Shown in pieces: positions 39,595-52,665 of a stretch of DNA of 64,000 nt. The DNA lies in assembly GCA_964016885.1 (NCBI GenBank), contig OZ024743.1, positions 41,354,001 through 41,418,000 of the forward strand, read 5' to 3'. A program made the translations under genes and the position numbers. Each line of letters starts with the position of its first letter. Position 1 is the stretch's first letter. Source of the DNA: Eledone cirrhosa. Taxonomy: Eukaryota. A model generated the notes under the pieces. That model was given only the letters and a program-made list of their open reading frames with translations. It was not told the DNA's origin and ran no database searches.

Positions 39595-39603
<9 letters not shown>

Positions 39604-39652
39604 AAAGAAAACATCGATAATGTAAAATTAATATCAAATACTGACAGTATAT

Positions 39653-39695
<43 letters not shown>

Positions 39696-39696
39696 A

Positions 39697-39787
<91 letters not shown>

Positions 39788-39795
39788 GATGTATA

Positions 39796-39827
<32 letters not shown>

Positions 39828-39845
39828 CACACACACATATATATA

Positions 39846-39908
<63 letters not shown>

Positions 39909-39964
39909 ATACTGTCAGTACTTTATATTAATTTTACATTATCGATGTTTTCTTTAAATAGTTT
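39595..39964. repeat. ~60-bp inverted repeat bracketing a (CA)/(TA)/(TG) microsatellite
   Basis: AAACTATTTAAAGAAAACATCGATAATGTAAAATTAATAT..TACTGACAGTATA and its reverse complement at ~39908-39964. Confidence 0.9.
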
Positions 39965-40845
39965 TCGTGAAAACAGAACACATACGCAGGCACAGACACA
40001 CACTCACACACATAGACAAGTGTATCGAGACAAGTTGACTGTTGTAAGTCAATGTAATATACAAATTTAACGGTTCTCATGATAGTTACCAACTATATGG
40101 AAATCCATACCGTATTGGATTTTCATCAACATCGTTGTCAAAAAGCCTCCTCCTGTACAAACAAGATGGACGGATAAACGCAAATATTGATGGGGAAAAA
40201 TCGCAATTTTCTTTACGTTTCTAGAATATTATTGGAAATACAACGCTTCGATGTTCTAAGAAGGTGTAAGGTATTAAGTAACAGGCTCATTAAATTATCG
40301 CAGTGAATACACTTTCATATGGGCATAAACGTGTTGCAAATAATCGCACAAGTCCATAGATTAAACATAATCATATAACTTGAATAAGTAAATGACTGTG
40401 TGTGGCTTAGTTGTAAAGTTGTGTGTTCGATTTTCTGTGGCGTGCTGTGTCCTTAAACATCACTCTCCATTTTACATTGCTACAGTTAAATCAGGTGGTA
40501 AAATAAGAGTTGTACATGTAACTCAAACAGCCAGTTATGTACAACACTGTGTCCTACTGAGTTGTGGCATGGTTACATATGTCTGTGGAATAATCAGCCA
40601 CTTGCGAGTTAATTTCACGAAAAGTTAGTTAAATTGATATAAACAAGAAAACACACAAAACATCTAACGGGAACACTAATTATCGGAACCGATGGATCAC
40701 CAACAGACGCACATGTACACACTCTCTCATGCACACAACTTGAATAAACACAACTGTCAAACTTCTATTTAGGACATTGGTTGAACCAAAGAAAGATTTG
40801 CGATCGTTGTAGTAGCAGAAATCTTCCCCACAGGTTTTTGGAAAT

Positions 40846-40982
40846 AATGATTTCTAGTATAGGCACAAGGCCAGTAATTTTGGGGGAGGGGAAAGTCGAT
40901 TAAATCGACCCCAGTACATTACTGGTGCTTTATTTCATCGACCCCGTAAGCATGTTGTCCGGCGCTCTACCAATACTGCTTG
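40846..40982 (-). mobile_element. Internally deleted SINE
   Basis: Tail and core GGCACAAGGCCAG...ATCGACCCCGTAAG are joined to the head remnant CTCTACCAATACTGC. Confidence 0.75.
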
Positions 40983-42907
40983 CAAGGAAATGGCTGAGAA
41001 CAGAAATCGTCAGAAGAATTGGAAGGTGGTATTGTTTCAAATCATTCCACTATCATTCAACAGTATTACAAATGTGTACTCCAGATTTTATCTTCGGTTC
41101 ATACTCTGCATTACTTGGTGTGACTACTTCACGAATGAAGGTGATAGGAAGAGACGGTATTAGTAGCCTACGGGATACACTGACTGATAGATAGCGGAAG
41201 ATGATTGGTCACATGTCATGATTATTCAGGGAGAGACGATTGAGAGCTTTTCTTGAAATGAGGTCGGAAAAGCGTAGGAAACATGAACCTATCAAAATCT
41301 GATCAGGCAATTATGGGCTTGGTCTAGAAGCGGACTCCTGGCAAAGTTTGCAAACCTGCTGAAAGTAGATTTCCCCTCAACAAATATTCCATAGGGAAGA
41401 AGAACAATTAACTAAATCATATTTTTTTTTTTATAAATGATGTTTTGTCAAAGAACCGTATATTAAATGTCAAATATAAACTTGATATACAACTATTCCC
41501 TTGCAATGTGTTGAGCTTTAATGGCATGGAAAAAAGCCACTCGATGACATTTCTAGTATACATGCAGATATTTATTGGATTCAACTTAAATTAAATAAAT
41601 TAGTACAACTATTAGTTAATGCTACGAAAAGCATTTGCATGAAGCCGGACATAATCATACAATGAAGGCGAAATATAAAATTACTGAATGTGATTCACCA
41701 GAAAAATAGAAAGTAACTGTTTATTATTCTGGGAGATCGGCATTTTTCTCTGAATTTACAAAAATTGAAATATAACGGATTTAGTGAACAAATCTATGAC
41801 AATTGCTTGGTTTCATAGAAATGGCATCCAAATTACGCACCAAACCAAAAAAATGTAAGAAAGCATTGGTCTTTTTATTGCTAAAATCATCTGGGAGAAG
41901 CGTTATTGGTCTTCCAGGGACATAATCCAGAATTTAAACTTGAACGTATAACGTTTGAACAAATATCAAAATTCATCATGTTCGGGGATCTAATGACTCC
42001 ATCTGTCCACCGGTCAAGAGAAGTACTTCATTTATTAACGTTGGAGACATGAAACAATGTTTACCACAGCAGTATTTGAACTTATAACACCAAAAGCTGG
42101 AATATATATCACAAGTCTTTAAAGACTCTCACAATGACTAAATGAACATTGATATTCATCTGTTGCCAGTTTTTACCAGTGTTTCAAATAGAAATGTAGT
42201 TATCGTTATGCGACCGCTTTTTCGTGATTGGTTTATCCCGATTTAATGAGCACTAGATGGCTGCAAACAAAAGATTTTCTCATGAGTGTGACATTTGTTA
42301 TTTCGAAGGACATATGCATAGCTGAATAGACTAGTGTATCGTCAAATTTCATACCTTGCCTAAGAGTATTACATGTCAACCGGTGTGGCGATCCAAGTTA
42401 ATACATGATGCTCGTGAGCCAAACATTCTAACAACTAGTTCAGGTGATTTCAGATTCCGGATACAAACCCGTGCAATATCGTCATATCTCTCTTGGCGAA
42501 TGAGAGAGCAGCAAATCGAATATCCGGTAACAACTATAAAATATGACACAATATCTGACATTATTTCAAACACAATTCTAAGTGGACAAGTAGTAACAGG
42601 AAATCAATAACTTCCCTTAAACTGAAGCTCCAATCACTGGATCACATATCTTGCCCCTTTTCTTTCACAATAACATCAAATATAAAAGAACGAAAAAAAT
42701 TAAAGTGATAGTTTAGATCAGACAGATAACCATAAATAATGGTTTCTTATATAGGCACAAGGCCAGCAATTTTGGGATATATATATATATATATATATAT
42801 AGGAACCAGTGAGGGTCTTACTGGTTCCTATTACCCACTCTACTACCTCAAGTATTGAGTACTTTGGTGCGTTATGGTCCACTTGGTTCCTTACCACATT
42901 TCCTTCG

Positions 42908-42955
<48 letters not shown>

Positions 42956-42959
<4 letters not shown>

Positions 42960-44248
42960 TCCCAAAGATTTGCTGCCCACCGGAACTGAAGAGCATGGTG
43001 GAATATTTCCACACCAACATGAAGGGGACAGTCCAGTTTAACGGGGGGACCTCGGAGTCATTCACCATTAGCAGTCGCGTTAAGCAAGGCGGTGACATTG
43101 CGCCCATCTTTTTGGGGATCTTCTTTGCTCTGCTCTTGAAGAACGCATTCGCCAGTGCAACGGAGAGCATTCCTACATACTAGATCATAGAGGAAAACTG
43201 TTAAACCTCGCCCACCTCAGAGCGAGGACAAAGATACGTAAAACCCTCATTAGAGACATGCTGTTTGCCGATGATGCAGCAGTTGCGATGCATTCCCAGC
43301 AGCAACTCCAGATGCTGATGGGCCGCTTCTCCCAGTCCAGCATGGATTTTGGACTGACCATCAGTCTTGGGAAGACAAACGTCTTGGGACAGGACACAGA
43401 GTCACTACCAGTCATCAAAATCGATGACTATGAGCTCGACATCGTCTGTCAGTTAATCTGCCTCCGTTCCACCATCACCGACAACATCTCCCTGGAAACA
43501 AAGCTCCACATGTGGGTTCGGAAGGCAACCACAACATTTGCTCGCCTCACAACTCGAGTGTGGACAAACCTCAAGCTGGTGGTAAAAACCAAGATGGATG
43601 TGTACAATGCCTGTGTCGTTGGCACACTTCTGTATGGTTGTAAAACATAGTCCCCATATGCCAGACAGGAGAGTTGACTCAACACCTTCCATCTGAAAAG
43701 TCTACGCCGTATCCTGGGTATATCCTGGTAGGACAGAGTACCGAACGCCGAGGTCCTTATTCGTACTGTCCTTCCCAGTATGTTTACCCTCCTCTGACAG
43801 CACAGACTACGCTGGCTAGGAAACGGCCAATGCATGAATGATGGATGCATCCCTAAAGACATTTTTATATGGGGAGCTGGCCTCTGAAAAGAGAGCCACC
43901 AGTTGACCTCGGCTGCGATATAACGACATTGTGAAGAGAGATATGAAGGCCATTGAGATCATCAAATAGTCCTTGGAGGGCCTCAAACCGGACCGGCCGA
44001 GATGGAGGTACATCCTGAATCAATAGCTCAAATCATGGGAGGAGTCAGTTTAATGACTGCAGTATCGGACATAATAGCACGGCGAAAGGAGCGCAATAAA
44101 TCAAACAGACCCGAGACCTTATAGAGATGTGTTCCATGTGACAGAGACTGTCACTCACGTATAGGTCTCTTTAGCCACCATAGACGCTACTTCATCCGAG
44201 CTGACAAGATACTAGCCACGGTTAGCCTTGACAGAAAGTAGCCTTAAC
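42956..44248 (+). mobile_element. 5'-truncated RTE-clade LINE (RT C-terminal half and C2H2 tail), decayed
   Basis: VKQGGDIAPIFLGIFF, MLFADDAA, FGLTISLGKT, LLYGC, RLRWLG, IPKDI.YGEL, C..CDRDCHSRIGLFSH. Confidence 0.9.
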
Positions 44249-44698
44249 TTAATATTTATAAATATACAGCATGCGACAAAAATACGTCACGCTGATTATC
44301 CGTTGATCGTGTAAAATATGGGAGTTTGTTCTGCAGCTCCGTGTATATAAATATGTGGCTATGCCACTCGCATCTGTGAGTTACATGTTGGCATAGCCAC
44401 ATATATCTCCATCCCTCTCAAGTTTTGAAACTCATGAAAATTGTGAAGCCGGTAAGGTTATCAATTTTATAAACAGATTTTGTTAAAGACTCTAATTGAA
44501 TTGTTTACTTATTTTTCCAATATTTTTACTTGTGTGGTAAATATTAAAAACACTTAACATTCACACACATACACCTCCCCCACATATATATAAATATGTA
44601 TATATGTATATATATATATATACATACATATATATATATATGTATATAAATATATGTATATGTATGTATATATGTATGTATGTATGTATTTTTATGTA

Positions 44699-44747
<49 letters not shown>

Positions 44748-44753
<6 letters not shown>

Positions 44754-45105
44754 GTGAGGTTTTTTTACAAAATGAAAAATAACCGAGGTGTCCTACACGA
44801 GTGAAAGTATAAAGAAAAAAAGATGAATTCGAAAATTCAACTGGAGTCTTATTTTAAAAAAAATATATATATTTATTTGGTTCCTTTACCGGTTTCGAAG
44901 TTCTTGTGCTTTTCAAAAGTATAGTAGAGATGGAGGGTCTGTGGTTTTGCTCACATCTGTGAGAAAAAGCACAGACCCTCCATCTCAACTATACTTTTGA
45001 AAAGCAGAAGAACTTCGAAACCGGTAAAGGAACCAAATAAATATATATAATTTTTTAAAAATAAGACTCCAGTTGCATTTTCGATTTCATCTTTTTTTCT
45101 TTATA
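44748..45105. repeat. Asymmetric fold-back in (TA)n (arms 44808-45105, 60-bp tail), with a U3-A8 hammerhead-like motif in each arm
   Basis: Centre CTCACATCTGTGAG. Plus-arm motif at 44994-45029: CUU UUGAAAA GCAG AAGAA CUUC GAA AC CG GU A AAG. Confidence 0.88.
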
Positions 45106-45288
45106 TATATATATATATATATATGTTATGGAATACTGTTAGCTTCTCGCTACAACAATTTCTATACCTTTCATTTATTTATATATATATATATATACAT
45201 ATAATCTATTCCGAGTTGAATCGGAGGTAACCACAGTAAGTAAGGTCCTCAAAACATAGCAGAGTATAAAAGTGTTAATATAGAAGAG

Positions 45289-45335
45289 CCTCTACAGGAC
45301 TAGAACTGTTTCATTCGTGAGAAATCATCAGAAAG
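45289..45335 (-). ncRNA. Type I hammerhead ribozyme, canonical core
   Basis: Minus strand: CUUU CUGAUGA UUUC UCAC GAAU GAA ACAG UUCUAGUC CUGU A GAGG. Confidence 0.8.
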
Positions 45336-46192
45336 ATGGCTGTCCACGTAAATGGTAATATTTATATATTTCCTTATCTGGTGGTAGGACAAGGTGGGAA
45401 TTGGGATGGGTGTAGGTCATTGGTTGAAGGATTTAAGGAAAAGGCGGTTCATTAAAAGCTAATTATTAAAAGATATAATATTAACAGCTGTCGGCAAAAA
45501 GGTGTCGACAAACCCATTCACACACGAGCCCACATACCCACGTACACACACATACACGCATGCACACACAGACAGGCACACACACAGCAGCAAACATACA
45601 TAATGGTACATACACACATACATATATACAATATATACATACACATATACATATATATATATGTGTACATACGCATACATACGCATATATACGCTTACAT
45701 ATGCATACATGTATATGTATATATATACATATAAAAGTATATATATATATATACATATAGTATTAAGGATACTATTTATGGTTATGTATATACTAAAACT
45801 TTTTATAGTTATATATATGTTAAACCCTAAACAGTGAAAGACAGTAATTTATTACTACCTTATTACCAGTAAGATATATAGCTCAATGTAATAACATCAG
45901 TTGTTCTACGGAGCAGTTATATAGAATTTACAGGAATCCAAGTTATGTTCAAACCATTTATTGGCTTACAATTGTTTCATCCAAACCGAGGTTTGGTGTC
46001 TTCGGAGCATTGTTCAATGTTTGTATACATACGTGACCTCCTTTCCAACGCAAGAGACATACAGATACATAAGTATATATTGATGCACAGATTTTACTGC
46101 AAAATCAAAACAAGCTATTTTTGCGAGCGATGAACCTTGACGTGAATTTAACCCCAAACAATCTTTCCGAGCAATGTAAGGAACACTTATTT

Positions 46193-46237
46193 ATGTCCTT
46201 GAGAAGCCCAACTGGGCGAAACGTACGTACGTGATGT
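46193..46237 (+). ncRNA. Hammerhead-like motif, U3-A8 variant, stem I degenerate
   Basis: UUGAGAA GCCC AACU GGGC GAA AC GUAC GU A, with palindromic loop III. Confidence 0.55.
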
Positions 46238-46473
46238 TTAAATAAACATATTTTAACGGTCTATTCTCCGATTTCTTAATTTCCCACGTTCTTACGCTCT
46301 GCTAACTCTCTAGACCACTAAATATTAACACTTCGAATATTTAATACTGCCGGCACTAGTATCGAGCACCTTTGGCATACGCTACTTGGCAAATAACTAT
46401 AGGTATCACCTATGCTCTCCTTTTGTTCTCTCTCTCGATACGTAAATACTGTATTTATATATATATGTATGCG

Positions 46474-46559
<86 letters not shown>

Positions 46560-46576
46560 CGTATGTAGGCGTATGT

Positions 46577-46640
<64 letters not shown>

Positions 46641-47178
46641 ATATGTGTATATATTTGTATTTCTGTATGTGTGTATGTACCATTATGTATGTTTGTTGTG
46701 TGTGTTCCTGCCTCTGTGTGTGTGCGTGTATGTGTATGTACGTGTGTAAGTGGGCGCTTGTGTGAATGTGCTTGTCGACACCTGGAATCTATATTAAGTG
46801 AAACCTCACAATAAAGGGTCTCACTTGAATCTGTTGATGGAACCCTTTCTGCCTTTGTCACCCTTACTTCAGCCTTAAAGAATTAGCTTCTTATGAATTT
46901 CCCTTTTCTTTAAACCATTGAACCCCACCCATCCTGTAGACACCTGTCTTACAGGCATTGTTAGTCTAAGTGATAAACAAGGATTGGTATTCCAATTTTG
47001 AATTTTTTACAGTATTCTTTCCGCCTTTGTTAATATTATAGCTTTTAAGAATTAGCTTTTAATGAACGCCCTTTTCTTTAAATCCTTCAACCAATGATCT
47101 ATACGCATCCCAATCCCCACCCTCTCCTACCACCAGATAAGGAAATATATAAATACTACCATTTACTTGGACAGCCAA

Positions 47179-47225
47179 TTTCCTGATGATTTCTCACGAA
47201 TGAAACTGTTCTAGTCCTGTAGAAG
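47179..47225 (+). ncRNA. Type I hammerhead ribozyme (inverted partner of 45289-45335)
   Basis: UUUC CUGAUGA UUUC UCAC GAAU GAA ACUG UUCUAGUC CUGU A GAAG, with one stem III mismatch. Confidence 0.7.
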
Positions 47226-47257
47226 CTCTTCCATATTAAATCTCTCTCTCTCTCTCT

Positions 47258-47327
<70 letters not shown>

Positions 47328-47368
47328 CGAAAACAAAGAGCGCTTACATCATCAATTAATCTTCATTT

Positions 47369-47413
47369 GCTGACAGTGTTTCGTCCTTGCATAATTGCAG
47401 GACTCATCAGAGC
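47369..47413 (-). ncRNA. Minimal type I hammerhead ribozyme, fully canonical core
   Basis: Minus strand: GCU CUGAUGA GUCCU GCAAUUAUGCA AGGAC GAA AC ACU GU C AGC, about 45 nt from a (TA)n array. Confidence 0.85.
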
Positions 47414-48145
47414 GTTATAAAGAGGAATTAGATCAATAGTATAAACTCGACCGACCTATATCACAAGAACGATCCATATGTAGCACAGAGGACTAAGAAG
47501 AGTGGGGTGCTTGGCTGACGCGTCACCGCTAGAAGCCGATATATATTAAGACCAAAATCAGTTAAAGATAAGGAAAAATAAAGATATGAGATTAAAGATA
47601 AGAGATAAAACGTAAAGGGTAGAGTCTAGAGGTAAGGATGAAATAAAGATACCAATAAAGTGATGATAATATGTGATAATATAAAAAATTTATAAAAAAG
47701 AATAAAAATAAAAATGAGAAGAAAATATGAGAATAAAAATAGGAGGTGATAAAAATAAAGTTAAAACTAAAAATGTAACATAAAAGATAACACATTATAT
47801 AAGCAATGCAAATAAATGCAAATAACTGTAGTTGTAGACAGTAAAGGATTTCAGAGGTGACAGTTTAAGAATAATATCAACGAAAGTGAATGAGGTAGGC
47901 GTAGTCAGATATGGCGGGAGCCAGATAAAGCGATCATATAGTGGATATTCCATGTATCCACCACAGTATGGCAACAAGTGTTATAGGTGGCGTTCAAATG
48001 CAATTTATATGTGTGGTTCACATAACTTATAGGTCGCTAAAGCAAAGCGTAGTGGAAGCAGGTGAAAACAATCATCATGGATATCAGTAGAATATAACGT
48101 TTGCGTGTGTGTGTGTGTAAGTCTACATAGACCTACGTACACACG

Positions 48146-48234
<89 letters not shown>

Positions 48235-48803
48235 TTACATACATGTATCTACGTGTTCCATTCGTCCCTGTTACCCCTTACGATTACAATACTATCCACT
48301 CCAGTGTTATGTTGGGATCAATACCTCCGCATCATAGCTGTGGGGTTGTGAATCCATGCAATCCTAAGTTTCCCAGCATACGACGTGGTGTAAGGAATCA
48401 CTTAAATTATCCAAATCATACAAGTATAGATATAACTATACATATCAAGCTGTAAGGTACATTCGGCGCATATATCGCTTACTATATTCGAGCCTGGTAC
48501 AATGGTAATCAAATATGTTCTAATTTAAATAATTAAATCAAATCAATTGAGCGTTTAATTCCAGCGTTTACAGCGTTCCAGCGCCTCTGTCTTCTTCACT
48601 TTGCCCACGTTCAAAAATCAACACTCAGCATATGATGAGGTAGTAAACATTTCGAATGGACATCATAGCGCTCCTAGCAGGCCGGCCATTCCCTTGGGGG
48701 AAGGATAAGGGAAATCAGTCTAGCCGTCAATCGGTCCTATACTCCCAGGGGTTTAACCATGCGATTGGGTATCCAGCCCGATTAATTCTAAGTACCCTAT
48801 ATA

Positions 48804-48871
<68 letters not shown>

Positions 48872-49161
48872 CTTTGTCGGAACAATCTTTTGGGAAAAGG
48901 CAACTCAGGAAATTGGGATAACTCCGAAATAAAACCTGCGGCTCAGTAGTTACCGATGATGTTGATCTTTTCTTCTCTTCGGGTTATAGCTGCTGTCGCT
49001 TAGAGAGTCGGGATTGGCTCAGTGCACAGTCTTTCCTCAATTCATGCTCAGGCATTGCATGATAGCATTAATTGATGATTATTAATAATGTTATATCGAT
49101 AACGAGGGGGCAGCCATCATACATATATATATATTCATATATATATATATATATTCATATA

Positions 49162-49640
49162 TAGTAATAATAATAAATTTGAAGACTAAAATCCAAAGAG
49201 GGCTCGATAAGGATAAATATATATCAAATATATAAGAACCGTAGAGCAAATATTTATTAAAATAACAGATTAAATTTTAAGCAAGGAATCGCTGCTTTCA
49301 CCCTTAACGGGATCTTCTGAAACTAACAAAGTCAATCTGTAAACGCAGAACTGGATATTTCAAAAAAACGGTGCAACCGGGGGAAGACAGGAAGACGATA
49401 CTTTGGTTCGTATTCATATTCATTCGTAAATATAACGTTTCCACGAACGTTTCCACGAACGTTTCCACGAACGTTTCCACGAACCAAAGTATCGTCTTCC
49501 TGTCTTCCCCCGGTTGCAACGTTTTTTGAAATATCCAGTTCTGCGTTTACAGATTGACTTTGTTAGTTTCAGAAGATCCCGTTAAGGGTGAAAGCAGCGA
49601 TTCTTTGCTTAAACTTTAATCTGTTATTTTAATATATATT
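49162..49640. repeat. Asymmetric fold-back in (TA)n: arms 49249-49411 / 49478-49640, ~90-bp tail, composite spacer
   Basis: Near-perfect reverse-complement arms. The spacer contains 4 x AACGTTTCCACG. Confidence 0.93.
49550..49623 (+). ncRNA. Hammerhead-fold RNA with CAGAAGA (U4A) core; inverted copy at 49266-49339
   Basis: CAGAUUGA-bulge-AGUUU CAGAAGA U CCC GUUAA GGG U GAA AGCAG CGAUUCU UUGCU U AAACU UUAAUCUG. Confidence 0.7.
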
Positions 49641-49641
49641 C

Positions 49642-49676
<35 letters not shown>

Positions 49677-50129
49677 TATATATGAGTGTGTGTGTACGTA
49701 ATGTACGTAGATACATTTACATATACACTCATAAGTACAACGCTAAAATATGTCCCTGTGGTTCGTTGGCAGTTATCTATATCATCGATAATTTAAAACA
49801 ATATAGAAATTGATATTCAGCCAGATTGATGTATAATTAATTAACTATATAACATTTAAACTCTTTGACCATTCAATATTCATAACTCGAATGTGGTGGG
49901 GACGGCCATGTTGTTTTGTTACTCGCCCTGTTGCCGCTATTATTGTGCTTGTTGCTATTGCTCTACTTGTTGTTGCTGTTGTTATTGTTGTCGTCGTCGT
50001 GGTGCTGAGCTGTTCGTGTTGGATCTAGTGATGTTTTGTTACAATCCAGTCATGGTTCAGCTGACGTATATTAACTGGTATTTCAGGTGTGACCACATTT
50101 TTTCTTCTTGTTTCTCGTAACAAGCTACC

Positions 50130-50324
50130 TTTTCAATATTAGTGTCCATTTTAAAATTTCGTTATAACGAAATTAACGGGGTACAAAAAAAATTCGTTGT
50201 AATGAAAAATAATTTATAAGGAGATCGTCATAACGCATCGAGCGTGTGGCCAAGGATTGAGAAAAGTGTCGTTATACTGAAAAATTCGTTATAATGGTAT
50301 TCGCTATAACGGAATTTTACCTGC
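50130..50324. mobile_element. pogo/Tigger-like DNA transposon terminal remnant
   Basis: Repeated TTCGTTATAA(C) subterminal motifs ending TTCGCTATAACGGAATTTTACCTG. Confidence 0.5.
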
Positions 50325-50874
50325 ATATGATTTTTAGGATATTTGGCTGCTATTTGTCGCAGGTCTAAAACCCACACGATTCAGCAGTCACATTATCACA
50401 TTTATTATTTATTTTTAGCCATCAACATCGTGTCTTTTGTGTTCAGACAAACACACCAACATGACGTGGTTTTAAACAATGCAGTTTTTCATCTCACACG
50501 GTCGGTGTGGGTATATCAATGAACAATTAAAACATGCTGTAAAATAGTTAGTGACTATTGCCATTATTTGCCTCAGCTCTGATCCTGCAGAGAATCTGAC
50601 TTATTACAAATAATCAAACATTGAAATAAGTGTCTTGAAAATCCCTCCCTTTATTCCATTAAGCAGCTTGATTGGGAAAATCAATTGACTAGGTAAGATT
50701 CAAGTCTATTGTATTTTATTGAATGCATCATTTGATTTTAAGGCACTAAGGTTTGATTTCAGGGATAATATGCTGATATTTTTAGCATTTTTGTTGACTA
50801 CCAACATACATCCTAATGCGCAGTTTTTTAAATGTCCTCCAATTGCAAATTCGTATTCATATTCATTCGTAAAT

Positions 50875-51062
50875 ATAATTGTTTCTACTTTTGGCACAAG
50901 GCCAGCAATTACCCAGTGCATTACTGCTACTTTATTTTTTCAACCCCGTAAGGATGAACGGCAAATTTACCTCGGCAAGATTTGAACTCAGAATGTCAAG
51001 GGCCGTAGCTCTATGCGTCAAAGCATGGCGTCCGACCCTCTACTGTTACTGCCAATCCACCA
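50875..51062 (-). mobile_element. tRNA-derived SINE (octopod-type)
   Basis: Reverse complement of the SINE head, core and tail. Confidence 0.85.
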
Positions 51063-51674
51063 ATGCCCCGTGTTAGAAAGCCTACACTGCGAGGGAACCA
51101 TTTTAATTAAAAAGCACAGACGCAAATGAGAGCTCACTGGGATAATTGTTTATATAATTCAGGAGTGAATATATATATATACCCAAGAACATCACATTAA
51201 GAGGTGTGTGGGTCTGTGGAAAGCCAAGCCATATACACGTTAATAACACGAGAAGGCTACTCCGTTCATTAAACAATTAGAACACATCGTCTAAATCGAC
51301 GGGAGTCCGTTCCATTCCATTTCATGTTTAGTTTACAGACGCAAGTGATATTTCATTTAATATCAATTAAAATAACTTTTACATTGTTTGTTTTATATTA
51401 ATTTTGAAGCGTTTCTTTTATATTTCTGTTAATATTCATGTTATTGTTGTTGTTATTGCTGTTGTTGTTGGTGGTGTTGCAGCTGAGACTCGTGTTGCTG
51501 CTGTTTTCATGATGTTGCTGTTGATTTTGCAGCCGATGTTGTTTGGGTTGTTGCTGTTGTTGTCATAATTGTTCTTGCTGCTGATATTGTCGGCATTGTC
51601 CTTTATGTATTTGAAACTAATTAACGGTTTCTACACGAATCCATGCTGTTTACAAACCATCAGCACAAATTCAA

Positions 51675-51758
<84 letters not shown>

Positions 51759-52179
51759 GTGTGCGTGCGTGCGTGCGTGCGTGTGTGCGTGTGTGTGTGT
51801 GTATGTATACAGAGAGACAAACATCCACATATGTGTGTATATGTTTATATGAATAAGTATGTTTGTATGTATATATGAATGTATGTAAGTATGTATGTAT
51901 ATATGTACGTATATATAAGTATGGGTGTGTTTGTGTGTGTAAGTAGGTTTATTTAAGTATTTTAAATGCTTAATTGTCAAAGTAGCCATAGATCTTTTTA
52001 ATGAAATAATTAACTGTCTTAACTGGCATATAATTTCCTTTATTTATTATCTTATATATTCATCTATGCAATTTCATATATCTTTTTCTGTCAATCTCTT
52101 TTTCTTATTATTTGTCTCTCCCATCTCCCTCTCTCTCTCTCACCCCCTTCATATATATATATATATATATATTTATATA

Positions 52180-52581
52180 TTTAAAAGAATAGAGGTGTAA
52201 CGCACAAGTTATGATATATTGGTAAACGGAATAGAAAATACTGACAAATTGTTCAGAGTGAAAAATAGTTTAATTAGGAATAAGTGATAATTAGTAATAG
52301 TATTGGTTAGTATTAAGTTTTGGTTTTAAGTTTTACCGGTTGCGCATTTCTAATGCTTTTCAAAAATAATTATGAGATAGAGCGTCCGTGATCAGAGCAC
52401 ACATCACGGACGCTCTATCTCAAAATTATTTTTGAAAAGCATTAGAAATGTGCAACCGGTAAAACTTAAAACCAAAACTTAATACTAACCAATACTATTA
52501 CTAATTATCACTTATTCCTAATTAAACTATTTTTCACTCTGAACAATTTGTCAGCATTTTCTATTCCGTTTACCAATATAT
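52180..52581. repeat. Asymmetric fold-back in (TA)n (arms 52214-52581, 10-nt spacer), with an atypical hammerhead-like motif in each arm
   Basis: Centre TCCGTGAT-CAGAGCACAC-ATCACGGA. Motif at 52428-52465: UUU UUGAAAA GCAUU AGA AAUGU GCA AC CG GU A AAA. Confidence 0.92.
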
Positions 52582-52611
52582 TTATATATATATACATGTA
52601 TATATATATAT

Positions 52612-52659
<48 letters not shown>

Positions 52660-52665
<6 letters not shown>

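Larger units (their letters stand above)
45277..47240. repeat. Long interrupted inverted repeat (45277-45470 vs 47045-47240; 45500-45660 vs 46630-46782) with nested inserts
   Basis: Reverse-complement matches such as CCTTATCTGGTGGTAGG / CCTACCACCAGATAAGG and CATACATAATGGTACATACAC / GTGTATGTACCATTATGTATG. Confidence 0.85.

Noticed and set aside
39186-40070. Many [12 protein letters not shown] ORFs here and throughout the window
   Set aside because: They are translations of stop-free (TA)n, (CA)n and (GAA)n microsatellites.
41500-42050. Decayed Tc1-like transposase
   Set aside because: Only vague motif hints. No TIRs or convincing translated motifs could be established by eye.
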